Of a stretch of DNA of 64,000 bases, positions 35,215 to 47,232 are shown piece by piece. Positions within the stretch are counted from its first letter, which is position 1; each line of letters begins with the position of its first letter. Source of the DNA: an uncultured SAR86 cluster bacterium (GTDB lineage: Bacteria; Pseudomonadota; Gammaproteobacteria; Magnimaribacterales; D2472); assembly GCA_902586925.1 (NCBI GenBank), contig CACIJE010000001.1:5720-69719 (forward strand), in the 5' to 3' direction. The notes beneath the pieces are model-generated. The model was not told where the DNA came from. It did no database searches and was given only the letters and a program-made list of their open reading frames with translations. A program made the translations under genes and the position numbers.

Positions 35215-37797
35215 ATGTTAGAAGAATATAAAAAACACGTTGCAGAAAGGGCAAAATTAAACATTCCGCCCTTGCCTCTGAGTGCAGATCAGTCTTCAGA
35301 ATTAGTTAATCTCTTAAAAAATGATCACGAAGAAGCAGATTATTTATTAAATCTTTTTAAAGAAAGAATTCCAGCAGGTGTTGATCAAGCTGCATATGTG
35401 AAGGCAGCTTTTCTAACAGATATAACAACAGGAAAGACTGAAAGTCCTCATATTTCCAAGGTAGATGCTATAAAAGTTTTAGGCACCATGTTAGGTGGAT
35501 ACAATATTCAACCTCTTATTAATTGTCTTAAAGATGAAGAGTTAGCTAGTGAGGCTTCGAAAGTTTTAAGTAAAACACTTTTAATTTTTGATGCGTTTAA
35601 TGAGATATTTGAATTATCAAAAGAAAATAGTCATGCAAAGAAAGTAATTGAAGAATGGGCTAATGGTTCATGGTTTACTGAAAAAGAAGATATCAAAGAA
35701 CAAATTAAACTAACTGTTTTCAAAGTTACCGGAGAAATTAACACTGATGATCTCTCACCTGCTCCAGATGCATGGTCTCGTCCAGATATCCCACTTCATG
35801 CACTAGCTATGTTTAAAATGCCAAGAACTGGACTTGATGATCCACTTGGAACAATTGAAAAGCTTAAAGAAAAAGGAAACCCACTAGTATTTGTTGGAGA
35901 TGTGGTTGGGACTGGTTCGTCACGAAAATCTGCTACAAATTCTGTTTTATGGCATATGGGTGATGAAATTCCTTTCATACCGAATAAAAAAGAAGGTGGA
36001 TATTGCTTTGGTGGAAAAATTGCGCCAATTTTTTTTAATACACTTGAAGATTCTGGAGCATTTCCAATTGAAATGAATGTTTCAAAAATGATTACTGGAC
36101 AGGAAATCATCTTAGAACCATATAAAGGGAGAGTGATTGATGCAAATTCTTTAGAGGTACTCTCAGAATTTAAACTTAAAACAGATGTTCTATTAGATGA
36201 GGTAAGAGCCAATGGTCGAATACCTTTGATCATTGGAAGACAATTAACCGATAAAAGTAGAGAAGCTCTTGGGCTGGATACCTCAAAAGTTTTTAGAAGA
36301 CCTGATTCAAGTGATAATAGTGATGCTGGATTCACTCTAGCACAGAAAATGGTTGGTAAGGCGTGTGGGGTTGAAGGAGTTAGACCATGCACATATTGTG
36401 AACCAAGAATGACAACAGTTGGTTCTCAAGATACAACAGGCCCAATGACTAGGGATGAACTTAAAGAACTTGCTTGTTTAGGTTTCTCAGCTGATCTTGT
36501 GATGCAGTCTTTTTGTCATACTGCAGCATATCCAAAACCAGTTGATATAGAGACTCAGCATAATCTTCCAGACTTTATAATGAATCGAGGCGGAGTCTCA
36601 CTAAGACCTGGGGACGGCATAATACACTCCTGGATGAATAGAATGTTGCTTCCAGATACAGTTGGCACCGGTGGTGATAGTCATACAAGGTTTCCTATAG
36701 GTATTAGTTTTCCAGCTGGATCGGGACTTGTGGCTTTTGCAGCAACACTTGGGGTAATGCCTTTGGATATGCCAGAGTCTGTGTTAGTAAAATTTAAAGG
36801 AGAAATGCAACCAGGCATTACATTAAGAGATTTAGTAAATGCCATACCATATGCTGCACTTCAAAGAGGATTATTAACAATCGATAAAGATGGTAAAAAA
36901 AATGTCTTCTCTGGAAGATGCCTAGAAATTGAAGGTCTGCCAAATATGAAGGTCGAGCAAGCTTTTGAATTATCAGATGCCTCTGCTGAAAGATCTGCAT
37001 CGGGTTGTACTGTTAAGCTCAATAAAGAACCTATACTAGAATATCTTCAATCAAACATTGTGATGCTTAGATGGATGATTGCGAGTGGTTATGGTGATCC
37101 AAAAACTCTTGAAAGAAGAGCTCAATCAATGGAGGAATGGATTCTTAATCCAAAGCTTCTTGAGGCGGATGATAATGCTGAATATGCAGAAGTAATTGAA
37201 ATTGATCTAAACGAGATTAAAGAGCCCCTTCTTGCGTGTCCTAATGATCCTGATGATATTAAACCTCTCTCAGAAGTTGCCAACACTAAAATACAAGAAG
37301 TTTTTATTGGATCTTGTATGACAAACATAGGTCATTTTAGGGCTGCAGGAACTTTACTTGAAAAATACAAAAATATTAAGGCAAGACTTTGGGTGGTTCC
37401 ACCAACAAAAATGGATGAAAAGCAGCTTATTGAAGAAGGTATATATAATATCTTTGGTGTCTCAGGTGCAAGAACTGAAGTACCAGGTTGTTCATTATGC
37501 ATGGGGAATCAGGCAAGAGTTTTAGCAAACTCTACAGTTGTGTCAACCTCAACTAGAAACTTTCCAAATCGCTTAGGTGATGGAGCAAATGTCTTTTTAG
37601 CTTCCGCTGAATTATCTGCGATTTGTGCAGTATTAGGAAGGATACCTACAGAAGATGAATATCATAAATATATGAATGATATTAATCCATTGTCTGATGA
37701 AATTTATAGATACTTAAACTTTAATGAAATTGATACCTATGTTGAAAGTGCAAATAATGCTTCAATTCCAGCTGTTAACATTGTAAATCCAGCCTAA
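35215..37797 (+). CDS. acnB: aconitate hydratase B / 2-methylisocitrate dehydratase
   Basis: [44 protein letters not shown]. Confidence 0.98.
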   Translation: MLEEYKKHVAERAKLNIPPLPLSADQSSELVNLLKNDHEEADYLLNLFKERIPAGVDQAAYVKAAFLTDITTGKTESPHISKVDAIKVLGTMLGGYNIQPLINCLKDEELASEASKVLSKTLLIFDAFNEIFELSKENSHAKKVIEEWANGSWFTEKEDIKEQIKLTVFKVTGEINTDDLSPAPDAWSRPDIPLHALAMFKMPRTGLDDPLGTIEKLKEKGNPLVFVGDVVGTGSSRKSATNSVLWHMGDEIPFIPNKKEGGYCFGGKIAPIFFNTLEDSGAFPIEMNVSKMITGQEIILEPYKGRVIDANSLEVLSEFKLKTDVLLDEVRANGRIPLIIGRQLTDKSREALGLDTSKVFRRPDSSDNSDAGFTLAQKMVGKACGVEGVRPCTYCEPRMTTVGSQDTTGPMTRDELKELACLGFSADLVMQSFCHTAAYPKPVDIETQHNLPDFIMNRGGVSLRPGDGIIHSWMNRMLLPDTVGTGGDSHTRFPIGISFPAGSGLVAFAATLGVMPLDMPESVLVKFKGEMQPGITLRDLVNAIPYAALQRGLLTIDKDGKKNVFSGRCLEIEGLPNMKVEQAFELSDASAERSASGCTVKLNKEPILEYLQSNIVMLRWMIASGYGDPKTLERRAQSMEEWILNPKLLEADDNAEYAEVIEIDLNEIKEPLLACPNDPDDIKPLSEVANTKIQEVFIGSCMTNIGHFRAAGTLLEKYKNIKARLWVVPPTKMDEKQLIEEGIYNIFGVSGARTEVPGCSLCMGNQARVLANSTVVSTSTRNFPNRLGDGANVFLASAELSAICAVLGRIPTEDEYHKYMNDINPLSDEIYRYLNFNEIDTYVESANNASIPAVNIVNPA

Positions 37798-39284
37798 CGC
37801 TTTGCTTTAGCTTTTTCTCTTTGCATTTTAAGTTCATCTTTTCTTGCTATCTCAAGTTCTTCAAGATAATTTTCGACCAAAGGTGTAAAGTATTTACCAG
37901 TAAAGATAGATGTTTCAAATTCTTTTATGCCTGGATTTCCCTCTTGAACTGATTCAATGAGATCATCAAGAGTCTGATAAATTAACCAATCTGCATTAAT
38001 TGCAGCTGCAACCTCATCATGTGACTTGTTAGAAGCTATTAATTCAGAGGTAGCAGGCATATCGATTCCATATAAATTTTGATATTTAATCGCTGGTGCT
38101 GCTGATGCAAAGTAAACATTTTTAGCTCCTGCCTCTCTGGCCATTTGAATTATTTTTTTACTTGTTGTTCCTCTGACAATTGAATCATCAACCAATAAAA
38201 CATTTTTACCTTCGAATTCTAAATCTAAGATGTTCAACTTCCTTCTAACTGATTTTTTTCTCTCCTCTTGATAAGGCATGATAAACGTTCTTCCAATATA
38301 TCGGTTCTTTACAAAACCTTCCCTATAAGAGACATCTAAATCAACCGCCAATTGATGAGCTGCGGTAACAGAGCTATCTGGTATTGGTATAACTACATCT
38401 ATATCGTGATCGGGTCTTGATTCCTTTATTTGTTTTGCTAACTTAGTGCCCATTCTCATTCTGGCTTTATAAACTGATATTTCATCAATCTTAGAGTCTG
38501 GTCTTGAAAAATACACGTATTCAAATATACATGGTCTTTTTTCAGGATTCTCTGAGCATTGTTGAGAAAATAGTTTTCCATTTTTATCTATGAAAATAGC
38601 TTCACCAGGATCTACATCTCTAAGTTTTTGAAATCCAAGAGGTGTAAAAAGAGCATCTTCTGAAGAAATAATATACTCATCTCTTGTTTTAGCTTTTCTG
38701 ACACCAATTGAAAGTGGTCTTATTCCATTATTATCCCTAAAAGCTAACATTCCATATCCTGATATTAATGCTAAAACTGCATAGGCTCCATCACATCTTA
38801 TATGGGTTTTTGTAACAGCTTTAAATATATGTTCCGCAGTTGGATAAATTTCTCTTTGTTTGCCAAGCTCGTGTGCAAATATGTTTAAGAGAACTTCAGA
38901 GTCACTATCTGTTTGTAAGTGCCTCATTTCAGCATGAAAAAGTTCGTTAGCAAGCTGTTTTGAATTTGTTAGATTTCCATTATGTGCAAGGCTTATTCCG
39001 TATGGTGAGTTTACATACATTGGTTGAGCAAATTCTTTACCAGCACCTCCAGCAGTAGGATATCTAACGTGCCCTATTCCATAATTTCCAACCAATTGTT
39101 CCATATGTCTTTGTTGAAAAACATCCCGAACATAACCCATTGATTTTCTAGAATTTAATTGATCTTCGTTGTTACAAACAGAAATCCCTGCAGCATCTTG
39201 ACCTCTATGCTGAAGCATTAGGAGAGAATCATATATTTCAGCCGCTACGTTTGTTTCAGCTGAAATTCCAACTATTCCACACAT
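37794..39284 (-). CDS. purF: amidophosphoribosyltransferase
   Basis: [22 protein letters not shown]. Confidence 0.98.
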   Translation of the reverse strand: MCGIVGISAETNVAAEIYDSLLMLQHRGQDAAGISVCNNEDQLNSRKSMGYVRDVFQQRHMEQLVGNYGIGHVRYPTAGGAGKEFAQPMYVNSPYGISLAHNGNLTNSKQLANELFHAEMRHLQTDSDSEVLLNIFAHELGKQREIYPTAEHIFKAVTKTHIRCDGAYAVLALISGYGMLAFRDNNGIRPLSIGVRKAKTRDEYIISSEDALFTPLGFQKLRDVDPGEAIFIDKNGKLFSQQCSENPEKRPCIFEYVYFSRPDSKIDEISVYKARMRMGTKLAKQIKESRPDHDIDVVIPIPDSSVTAAHQLAVDLDVSYREGFVKNRYIGRTFIMPYQEERKKSVRRKLNILDLEFEGKNVLLVDDSIVRGTTSKKIIQMAREAGAKNVYFASAAPAIKYQNLYGIDMPATSELIASNKSHDEVAAAINADWLIYQTLDDLIESVQEGNPGIKEFETSIFTGKYFTPLVENYLEELEIARKDELKMQREKAKAKR

Positions 39285-39868
39285 TAAGAGTCCCCATCTT
39301 TTGTGTTTTCGTTAATCGCTTCTGGAATAACTTCTTGCTTTAAAGGTTCAATTATTTCCAGGGCTTCCTCTACAACATTTCTATTATCTATCAAATCTCT
39401 GAAATATGCTTCTATTTGTGGAGCATATTTTTGAATTATTGGCGTAATTTTTGAATTATTTATGACATCTGTTGTCTTAAGTCCAGATGGGAGAATTAAA
39501 AATATTACAAACAAAACAATAAGTCCTCTTATCAATCCAAATATAACGCCTAAAAACCTATCAAAACCTGATGCACCAGACCATTTAATAAGTTTACTTA
39601 CGAATTTTATTATTATTCCACCCAAAAAAATAAAAACTACGAATACAACTATGTAGGATATGATTTTTGAAATTTCCTGATTTCCAATAAACTCATTTAT
39701 TTTTGGTGTAGCTAAATATTCAAGACTTATAGCTGCAACAAATGCTGCTAACCAAAGAAATAATGATAAAAATTCTTTTGTAAAACCACGAGATAAGGAG
39801 ATAATCCCTGAGGCAATTAATACAATTAATATAAACCAATCAGCGAGATTTAATCCTAAAGCTTCCAT
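39284..39868 (-). CDS. cvpA: colicin V production protein
   Basis: RGFTKE, DRFLGVIFGLIRG; upstream of purF. Confidence 0.92.
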   Translation of the reverse strand: MEALGLNLADWFILIVLIASGIISLSRGFTKEFLSLFLWLAAFVAAISLEYLATPKINEFIGNQEISKIISYIVVFVVFIFLGGIIIKFVSKLIKWSGASGFDRFLGVIFGLIRGLIVLFVIFLILPSGLKTTDVINNSKITPIIQKYAPQIEAYFRDLIDNRNVVEEALEIIEPLKQEVIPEAINENTKDGDS

Positions 39869-40266
39869 CTTGAAATTTCCCCATTTTCGGATTCAGATAG
39901 CAATTGAATTGATTCCATATTAGTAACGATATCATCTTCTGATAAAAAAGGTCCAACGTATATTGCAAATAAATCTCTATCGTCTCCAAAAGCCTCAACA
40001 AATGAGGGGTAGCCTCCATCGGTTATTTTTTTACTTAATTTAATTGCATTTTTTTCAGATGACAAAATATGAGCTCTATAGACGAAGAAATCAAAATCAG
40101 ATTCTTTAAATTCCTTAAAGTCAGATAAGTTTTGTTTAGGTGACGGCACTATCTCATCTAAAACGTCATCTTTATCAATGTTTATAGGTTTTGGATAAAA
40201 AGTAATAATAAATATAGATAGGGTGCCTATTAAAAATGATAAGCCAATGAATCTTTCAACAGACAT
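39856..40266 (-). CDS. SPOR domain protein (DedD-like)
   Basis: N-terminal ERFIG plus TM helix, C-terminal IYVGPF; upstream of cvpA. Confidence 0.75.
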   Translation of the reverse strand: MSVERFIGLSFLIGTLSIFIITFYPKPINIDKDDVLDEIVPSPKQNLSDFKEFKESDFDFFVYRAHILSSEKNAIKLSKKITDGGYPSFVEAFGDDRDLFAIYVGPFLSEDDIVTNMESIQLLSESENGEISRWKL

Positions 40267-41528
40267 TAAAATTTATATTTTTTTTTCAACGAATCAATTT
40301 TATTTGAAACTGGAACTGCCTTGTTTTTAAAAAAATTCTCATGATTTTCTTCAACAACTTTTAAATCATATAAATAATTTGCCATAACTCCAAAAGACTG
40401 CATCATTCCCTTTTCAGATGTATCTGCATTTAAGTTTATTTTCTCTAAGCTTGCTCCATTACCAATATGAAATCTACTGACTGGATCGTTTGGCATTCCA
40501 TCATTTCTTTCAGATTTTGTAAGATACTTCACAGCATTTTTCATCAACTCTTCATCACCACAATTTTTTTCAGAACATCGCTCAAAGGATATTGGTGAAT
40601 ACTCCTCCATCCACTTCATAAAACCAGGTAAAGGCGATAACGTCATAAATTGATTTAAATCTGGTAGCTCTCTTTTAAGATTACTTGCAACTTTCTTAAT
40701 TAGAAAGTTGCCAAAAGAAATTCCAAGTAATCCGTTATGGCAATTTGAAATTGAATAAAAAATTGCTGTATTTGCATCTTCAATATCTATTTCTTCTCTT
40801 TCAAGTTTAATAATATTCTGAATTGATTCTGGTAACCCAGTTGTTAACGCAACTTCAACAAATATTAATGGATCATTTGGTATAAGAGGATGAAAAAAAG
40901 CAAAACACTGTCTGTCTGTAGGAGCAAGTCTTGCCCTGAGGTCATCCCAGGAATTTATTTGATGAACAGCTTCGTATTCGATTATTTTTTCAAGAATATT
41001 TGCTGGTGTCTCCCAATCAATTTTTTCCAAAACCAAGAAAGAAGGATTAAACCAATACTTAAATAATTTAAGCAGGCCTGAGTCAAATGCTTTTAACTCT
41101 GGCTTATTCATTGCTCTTATTTTTTCTCTTAATTTTACAAGCCTATAAGTTCCATTGGATGTTGAATTTAATCTTCTAAATAACTCAATCCACAGTGGTT
41201 CAGATGAAATTCTTATTTTTTGTAAATTTTTATCATTTTTTTCACTTGAGTAATTCTTTACATCTTTTGTAAGTTTTTTTGTGTCAATATCGTAATTTGA
41301 TAACAAATGATTTAGGAATTTATATAAAGATTTATCGTCTAGCTTCTCTATCAAATTTAATAAATGTTCAGAATAAACTAGTGACGATACTTCACCGGTT
41401 GTTGACATAACAGAATCGACGGCTTTATTAATATTTTTATGAAGCTTACCAAAACTTTTTGAACGCAAACGGTTTAAACGACGAGTACCTTTCATTACAC
41501 TTGATAAAATATTTTGAAATAAGCTCAT
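40266..41528 (-). CDS. malonyl-CoA decarboxylase
   Basis: YEAVH, FFHP...PLIFVEVAL, FYSISN, GISFGNFLIK, TLSPLPGF, DPVSRFHIGNGA. Confidence 0.92.
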   Translation of the reverse strand: MSLFQNILSSVMKGTRRLNRLRSKSFGKLHKNINKAVDSVMSTTGEVSSLVYSEHLLNLIEKLDDKSLYKFLNHLLSNYDIDTKKLTKDVKNYSSEKNDKNLQKIRISSEPLWIELFRRLNSTSNGTYRLVKLREKIRAMNKPELKAFDSGLLKLFKYWFNPSFLVLEKIDWETPANILEKIIEYEAVHQINSWDDLRARLAPTDRQCFAFFHPLIPNDPLIFVEVALTTGLPESIQNIIKLEREEIDIEDANTAIFYSISNCHNGLLGISFGNFLIKKVASNLKRELPDLNQFMTLSPLPGFMKWMEEYSPISFERCSEKNCGDEELMKNAVKYLTKSERNDGMPNDPVSRFHIGNGASLEKINLNADTSEKGMMQSFGVMANYLYDLKVVEENHENFFKNKAVPVSNKIDSLKKKYKF

Positions 41529-42310
41529 GAAATTGCCTTTTTGATTTCGCTAATATAACTACCTATTCTATCAAATTCTTTTGAACTAGATTCTTCTTCA
41601 ATCATTTTTACAATTGAAGATCCTATAATTACCCCATCAGAGCAGTCAGACAATAATCTAGCATCTTCTGCAGATTTAATACCAAAACCTGCTAAAGTTG
41701 GAACTGTTGCATGTTTTTTAATCTCTTCAATATTGCTATTTATTTCATTAACATCTAAATTAGAAGCTCCTGTAACACCTCTTAAAGTAACGTAATAAAC
41801 AAATCCCGAGCTATTCTTTGCAATAGATTCAACCCTATCTTTCTTTGTTGTAGGTGAAATTAAAGAAATTGTATTTATATTAGAATTATAAACTCCGTAG
41901 TCCTTGAGGTTTAATTCTCCAGGGATATCAACAACTAATACTGAATCTATAACATTATTTTGATTGTCTTCAATTAGCTTTTTATTGAAAATAAAAGTGT
42001 TTAGATATCCCATTAGTACTAATGGCGTCTCATCATCATATTTTCTGTAGTTTTTAACCATCTCATAAATTTTTTGTAAAGAAATATTATTATCTAATGC
42101 CCTATCATGTGCTCTCTGAATGATTGGTCCTTCTGCAATAGGGTCTGTAAATGGTACACCGATTTCAATAACATCTACGCCAGCTTCGACAAAAATCTTC
42201 ATAAGATCTAGGGTAGAATCCAAATCAGGATCACCCGCGACAAGATATGCCACTAAAGCTTTTTTATTATTTTTTTTTAAGTTATTGAGGGTCTTTGTAA
42301 GTCTATTCAA
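41525..42310 (-). CDS. trpA: tryptophan synthase alpha chain
   Basis: [25 protein letters not shown]. Confidence 0.96.
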   Translation of the reverse strand: MNRLTKTLNNLKKNNKKALVAYLVAGDPDLDSTLDLMKIFVEAGVDVIEIGVPFTDPIAEGPIIQRAHDRALDNNISLQKIYEMVKNYRKYDDETPLVLMGYLNTFIFNKKLIEDNQNNVIDSVLVVDIPGELNLKDYGVYNSNINTISLISPTTKKDRVESIAKNSSGFVYYVTLRGVTGASNLDVNEINSNIEEIKKHATVPTLAGFGIKSAEDARLLSDCSDGVIIGSSIVKMIEEESSSKEFDRIGSYISEIKKAIS

Positions 42311-43512
42311 ATCTTTATTCCATCAATTTCTGCAACAGTATTAATGTCCTTATCACCTCTTCCAGAAACATTAACAATTATATTTGCATCTTCATCAAAT
42401 TCTTTCATCAAAGTATCTAAATAAGCAAAAGCATGGGCTGTTTCAAGAGCCGGTATTATTCCTTCTAATTCTGATACCTCATGAAATGCTTTTAACGCTG
42501 CTTCATCGCTTACTGCAACATACTCTGCTCTTCCTGAATCTTTTAACCAGGAATGTTCTGGACCAACACCTGGATAATCTAGACCAGCAGAGACAGATTT
42601 TGTTCCCTTCACTTGACCACCTTCGTCTTGCATCAGATAACTGAGAGCTCCGTGAAGGACACCTGGTGTTCCATCATTTAATGGTGCTGCATGTTCTCCT
42701 GTTTCAACACCTTCTCCTCCAGCTTCAACTCCAATTAATCTAGTTTCGTTAAATTTTATAAAAGGATAGAAGGCACCCATAGCATTTGATCCTCCGCCTA
42801 CACATGCAACAATTGCATCTGGCATTGATTGAAACATTTCTTTTGACTGCGTTATCAATTCCTCTCCAACAACAGAGTTAAAATCTCTGACAATCATTGG
42901 ATATGGATGTGGCCCAGTAACGCTTCCTATGATGTAATAAGTATCATCAACGTTAGTAACCCAATCTCTTAAAGCTTCATTTAATGCATCTTTTAAAGTA
43001 GCAGAGCCTGAATCGACCGCATGAACTTGAGCACCAAGCAGTTTTATTCTATAAACATTTAACGATTGTCTTTGTACATCCTCTGAACCCATATATATAT
43101 GACACTCTAAACCCAACCTTGCTGCAACCGTAGCAGTCGCTACTCCATGTTGACCCGCACCTGTTTCAGCGATAATTCTTTTTTTTCCCATATATTTTGC
43201 TAGCAATATTTGTCCAATAGTATTATTAATTTTATGTGCTCCAGTGTGATTCAAATCCTCTCTTTTCAACCAAATAGATCCTGTTCCATAAAGATTAGTC
43301 AATCTTTCCGCAAAATATAATGGTGAGGGTCTTCCAACAAACTCAGAAAGGTCCTTATAGAATTGATTTTTAAACTCAGCGTCATCTTTTAGTTTTTCGT
43401 AAGTAGTTTCAAGTTCCTCAAGAGCATACATAAGCGTCTCTGGAACAAACTTACCGCCATATTCGCCAAAAAAACCATTTTTATCTGGTAAATTGTTATT
43501 ATTTGCTTTCAT
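42307..43512 (-). CDS. trpB: tryptophan synthase beta chain
   Basis: [27 protein letters not shown]. Confidence 0.98.
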   Translation of the reverse strand: MKANNNNLPDKNGFFGEYGGKFVPETLMYALEELETTYEKLKDDAEFKNQFYKDLSEFVGRPSPLYFAERLTNLYGTGSIWLKREDLNHTGAHKINNTIGQILLAKYMGKKRIIAETGAGQHGVATATVAARLGLECHIYMGSEDVQRQSLNVYRIKLLGAQVHAVDSGSATLKDALNEALRDWVTNVDDTYYIIGSVTGPHPYPMIVRDFNSVVGEELITQSKEMFQSMPDAIVACVGGGSNAMGAFYPFIKFNETRLIGVEAGGEGVETGEHAAPLNDGTPGVLHGALSYLMQDEGGQVKGTKSVSAGLDYPGVGPEHSWLKDSGRAEYVAVSDEAALKAFHEVSELEGIIPALETAHAFAYLDTLMKEFDEDANIIVNVSGRGDKDINTVAEIDGIKI

Positions 43513-43515
43513 ATA

Positions 43516-44127
43516 CTAAATTTTATTCAATATTTCTTTAACCAAATCTAAGCTTTTAACTCCTGGAGAAGATTCAACGCCTGAATTTATATCTAGGCAC
43601 CAAGGTTTTATATCTATAGCATTATCAACATTTTCAGAATTAATTCCACCAGAGAGAATCATTTTAATATCTAAATCTTTTACACTATTCAAAAGATTCC
43701 AATCAAAAGGAACTCCGGTCCCTCCCGGCTTGCCCCTCTCATAATTTTCAAATAAAATTCCGGAAGCATCAGGATAATGAGATATTTTGTCAAAGTTAAT
43801 ATTATTATTTATTCTAAAAACTTTCCAAAAGTCTTTTTCAAATGAATTACAAAACTCGTTAGACTCATTTCCATGAAATTGTAGGATAGGATCTTCAAAG
43901 TATGAAGATGTTTCCTCTATATAACTTCGATCAGCATCAACATATACACATACGGGTCTTTTATTTTTGAAGTCGAAACTTTTAACCTCTTGTAGTAGTT
44001 CGAATGAAACATTTCTTGGACTTTTTTCGTAAAAAATAAATCCTAAAAAATTAATCTGATCATATAGAACTAACTCATTAAGAATTTTTAACTGATTAAT
44101 GCCACATATTTTAATTAAAGGTTTCAT
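43516..44127 (-). CDS. trpF: phosphoribosylanthranilate isomerase
   Basis: KICGI, QFHGNE, GGTG..FDW, SGVESSPGVK. Confidence 0.95.
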   Translation of the reverse strand: MKPLIKICGINQLKILNELVLYDQINFLGFIFYEKSPRNVSFELLQEVKSFDFKNKRPVCVYVDADRSYIEETSSYFEDPILQFHGNESNEFCNSFEKDFWKVFRINNNINFDKISHYPDASGILFENYERGKPGGTGVPFDWNLLNSVKDLDIKMILSGGINSENVDNAIDIKPWCLDINSGVESSPGVKSLDLVKEILNKI

Positions 44128-44912
44128 TATATTTTGAGCCTCTCGATAATACTTTTTTCACATGACTTAATTTTTAACTCATCTTTGTAACTTGGACCGA
44201 GGAAAAAAAGTCCACATGCTGGAGCAGTCTTGCCTGCAAAACTTCTATTTTTTTTGACAAGGATTTCTTCAATTGACAATGAATTTTCTTTTTTTGCAAT
44301 ATCAATCAATGTACCAACCATAATTCTTACCATATTTTGTAAAAAAGCATTTGCAACAATTGTGATTATAATAAAGTTGTTAATAGTTTTGAGGCTTACA
44401 TCATTTACTGTTTTTATAACATTATTAGAATTACAATTTGAACTTCTAAATGAACTAAAGTCTTTTTTCCCTATAAATTTTTTAAGTTCTTCTTCCATAA
44501 GCACAGTATTTAATTTGTTTGTAATCCAATATGCGTGTTTCTCAAAAAAAAGTGGTTTATTATCTGAGTTATATATCAGATAAGCGTATTTTCTCTCAAT
44601 AGCAGAAAATCTAGAATTAAAATCTGCAGGCACTCTAAAAATATCTTTTACTGCAATTGAGCTTGGTAAATTTGAGTTTAGTCCATTTAACCAATTTTTT
44701 TTATTTCGATCTATATTAGTTTCAAAATCACATACTTGTGACATGGCATGAACACCAGCATCCGTTCTTCCTGAATAATTTATTCTTATATCCTCTTTTG
44801 TGACTTTCTTGAGTGCATTTTCAATGCAGCCTTGAACCGTTAAAACATTCTTTTGACTTTGAAATCCTGAATATGTTGTCCCATCATACTCTACGGTAAA
44901 GCCAAGCTTCAC
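44127..44912 (-). CDS. truA: tRNA pseudouridine(38-40) synthase
   Basis: EYDGT, GRTDAGVHA, FLQNMVR. Confidence 0.96.
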   Translation of the reverse strand: MKLGFTVEYDGTTYSGFQSQKNVLTVQGCIENALKKVTKEDIRINYSGRTDAGVHAMSQVCDFETNIDRNKKNWLNGLNSNLPSSIAVKDIFRVPADFNSRFSAIERKYAYLIYNSDNKPLFFEKHAYWITNKLNTVLMEEELKKFIGKKDFSSFRSSNCNSNNVIKTVNDVSLKTINNFIIITIVANAFLQNMVRIMVGTLIDIAKKENSLSIEEILVKKNRSFAGKTAPACGLFFLGPSYKDELKIKSCEKSIIERLKI

Positions 44913-46222
44913 AGCTTTTCCACTTTATCTAGAAGATTTTTTGCAGATTTTTTTATCTCATCATTTTGAGTGGTTTGAACTAAGTTATCAAGAAGAGATT
45001 TTGCATTATCTTTATCGTTCATCTCAAAATATGTAACTGCCAAATCAAACTGCTGTTGGTCTATATCATTTTTGATACTAAGATCAGGTGGTAAACTTGA
45101 TAGAGAAGAACCATTATCCTCAGCCTCATCAAAATCATAGTTAATTTCTTCAGAGGATCTCATCTTTCTGACCTGTATAAAAATTAATGCCAATAAAACT
45201 CCTGATGCTAATGAAATTAAAGAAATAAAAATTAAATCAAAAATTTCAAATTGGTCTTGATTTTGTTGCGTAACCTCACCAGGCACTGCAGTGAGCTCAT
45301 CAAGCATTTGATTGTCAACTGCTAATCTAATTTCTTTAGTGTTTTGTTCAATTAAACTTTTTGGATCTATTGAGTCGCTGAAATCAATTTGTTTTTTATT
45401 TTCATTATTAGGATTCATATCTTGTTTTTCGGTAACATCTTTAATAACTTTGGGTGCGGTAAGAACTAAAAGAGATTTTGAAGCTGATTTTAATCTATCA
45501 GCAAATGAATTATTCATTTCAAATATAGAGTCTCTTGCAATTTGATAAGAGATCTTTTCAATCTCAGCAAATGATGGAATTAATATATCAATATCCTTTC
45601 TAATTAAATTAATATTATCATCGATAAAAGCATCTCTGTTCCCAAGATATATTGACCACATCACTTGATAAATAGATATATTTTTATTATTTCCTTTTAT
45701 TGTTTCAGCCATGCTCCAAACGGTAGTAATGTCACCACTTTTAAAAATTTCTACTGTTTTATTTTTAGATTTAGACTCTTTGATATTTTCATTATCATCA
45801 TTTTTAATATTAGCTTTAATTGATGGCGTTTGTTTATTAGGTATTTGTGTGTCGGTAATGACATTTGAACTTCTAACTTTTGATGGTAAAAAAATAAAAA
45901 TGTCTTTTGAAAAACTTTCTTTGATAACTATATTAAAACTAAAATAATCTTCTTGATATTCATTGGCTAGCACGATTGAAAAGGTTTGAAAATTACCAAA
46001 ATTATTAATTAACGTGTACTCAATAAACGTTTCATTGATAGGATCTTTTGTTTTATATTCATTAATAACTATATCGCCATCACGAATAATCTCTTTTTCA
46101 ATTCTAAATTCTATAATCCTTTGATTTTGATCGTTTACTTTAATTTTTGGTGAAGATAAAAATATATCTGCAATTAGATTGAATGAGAGTAACGTTGAAA
46201 ATAAAAAGAAATATCTCAACAC
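44909..46222 (-). CDS. fimV: FimV/HubP-like polar landmark protein
   Basis: YQVMWSIYLGNRDAFIDDNINL module, TM helix, C-terminal DLAVTYFEM; lies between asd and truA. Confidence 0.8.
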   Translation of the reverse strand: MLRYFFLFSTLLSFNLIADIFLSSPKIKVNDQNQRIIEFRIEKEIIRDGDIVINEYKTKDPINETFIEYTLINNFGNFQTFSIVLANEYQEDYFSFNIVIKESFSKDIFIFLPSKVRSSNVITDTQIPNKQTPSIKANIKNDDNENIKESKSKNKTVEIFKSGDITTVWSMAETIKGNNKNISIYQVMWSIYLGNRDAFIDDNINLIRKDIDILIPSFAEIEKISYQIARDSIFEMNNSFADRLKSASKSLLVLTAPKVIKDVTEKQDMNPNNENKKQIDFSDSIDPKSLIEQNTKEIRLAVDNQMLDELTAVPGEVTQQNQDQFEIFDLIFISLISLASGVLLALIFIQVRKMRSSEEINYDFDEAEDNGSSLSSLPPDLSIKNDIDQQQFDLAVTYFEMNDKDNAKSLLDNLVQTTQNDEIKKSAKNLLDKVEKL

Positions 46223-47232
46223 AACTTATTCTTCTCAACTAAACTTTCAAGAATTTGAACAGTATTTAAAGCAGCTCCCTTTCCATAAACATTATCAGCA
46301 ACTATCCACATTGAAATCCAGTTTTCGTTATTTATTCTTTGAGATCTAATTCTTCCAACATAAACATCCTCAGTATCATTTGCATTCTCAAGAGGAGTTG
46401 GGTATTCAAGAGATTTTGGATTGTCTATGACGTCAATTCCAGGCGCATTACTAAGTAATTCAATTATCTGATTTCGAGAAGTTTCTTTTTTTGTTCTAAA
46501 AAATATTGCTTCAGAGTGACCATTTAATACTGGTACTCTTACGCATGTTGCCTGAACTTCAATGCTAGAATCAAGAATTTTTTTTGTCTCCCAGACAAGC
46601 TTCATTTCTTCTTTTGTAAAATCATTATCTAAAAATATATCGCACTGTGGTATTACATTGAATGCTATTTGTTTTGGATAAACCTCTTGTCTACTCGTTT
46701 TATCTTTTATTTGATTTTGTAACTCTTGCACCGCCTGTTTGCCAGTTCCTGATACTGCTTGATATGTTGCAACATTCAAAAAATCTATAACAAATTCTTT
46801 ATGAATTGGGCTTATAGCCATTAAAAGCTGAGAAGTGGAACAATTAGGGTTTGCTATTAAAGATGGAGCTTGCAAATTGGTTATGTCATCTCCGTTGATC
46901 TCTGGAATTATAAGTGGTACATCTTTTTCATATCTAAATTCAGATGATAAATCTATTACATACACTCCCTTTTTTACAAAATCATTTGCATGCTCTTTTG
47001 CTACTTTTGATCCTGCAGAAAAGATTGCCAAATTAATTTTTGAATAATCAAAGTTGTCCAAATTTTCAATTTTATGAACTTTATTATTAAATGAAATTTC
47101 ATCTCCTACCGAAGATGATCCTAAAGGATAAAAATCGTTTATTTCAATATTTTTGTTTTCTAATAAGGAGATGATTTTCTTACCTACCACGCCTGATGCA
47201 CCAATTAATGCTAAATTTACTAAACTACTCAT
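46216..47232 (-). CDS. asd: aspartate-semialdehyde dehydrogenase
   Basis: GASGVVG, ANPNCST, TYQAVSGTG, CVRVPV..GH. Confidence 0.96.
   Translation of the reverse strand: MSSLVNLALIGASGVVGKKIISLLENKNIEINDFYPLGSSSVGDEISFNNKVHKIENLDNFDYSKINLAIFSAGSKVAKEHANDFVKKGVYVIDLSSEFRYEKDVPLIIPEINGDDITNLQAPSLIANPNCSTSQLLMAISPIHKEFVIDFLNVATYQAVSGTGKQAVQELQNQIKDKTSRQEVYPKQIAFNVIPQCDIFLDNDFTKEEMKLVWETKKILDSSIEVQATCVRVPVLNGHSEAIFFRTKKETSRNQIIELLSNAPGIDVIDNPKSLEYPTPLENANDTEDVYVGRIRSQRINNENWISMWIVADNVYGKGAALNTVQILESLVEKNKLC

Noticed and set aside
35796-36392. 198-aa antisense ORF in acnB (likewise 50424-50918 in aroC and other short shadow ORFs)
   Set aside because: Mirror-frame artefacts of conserved genes.
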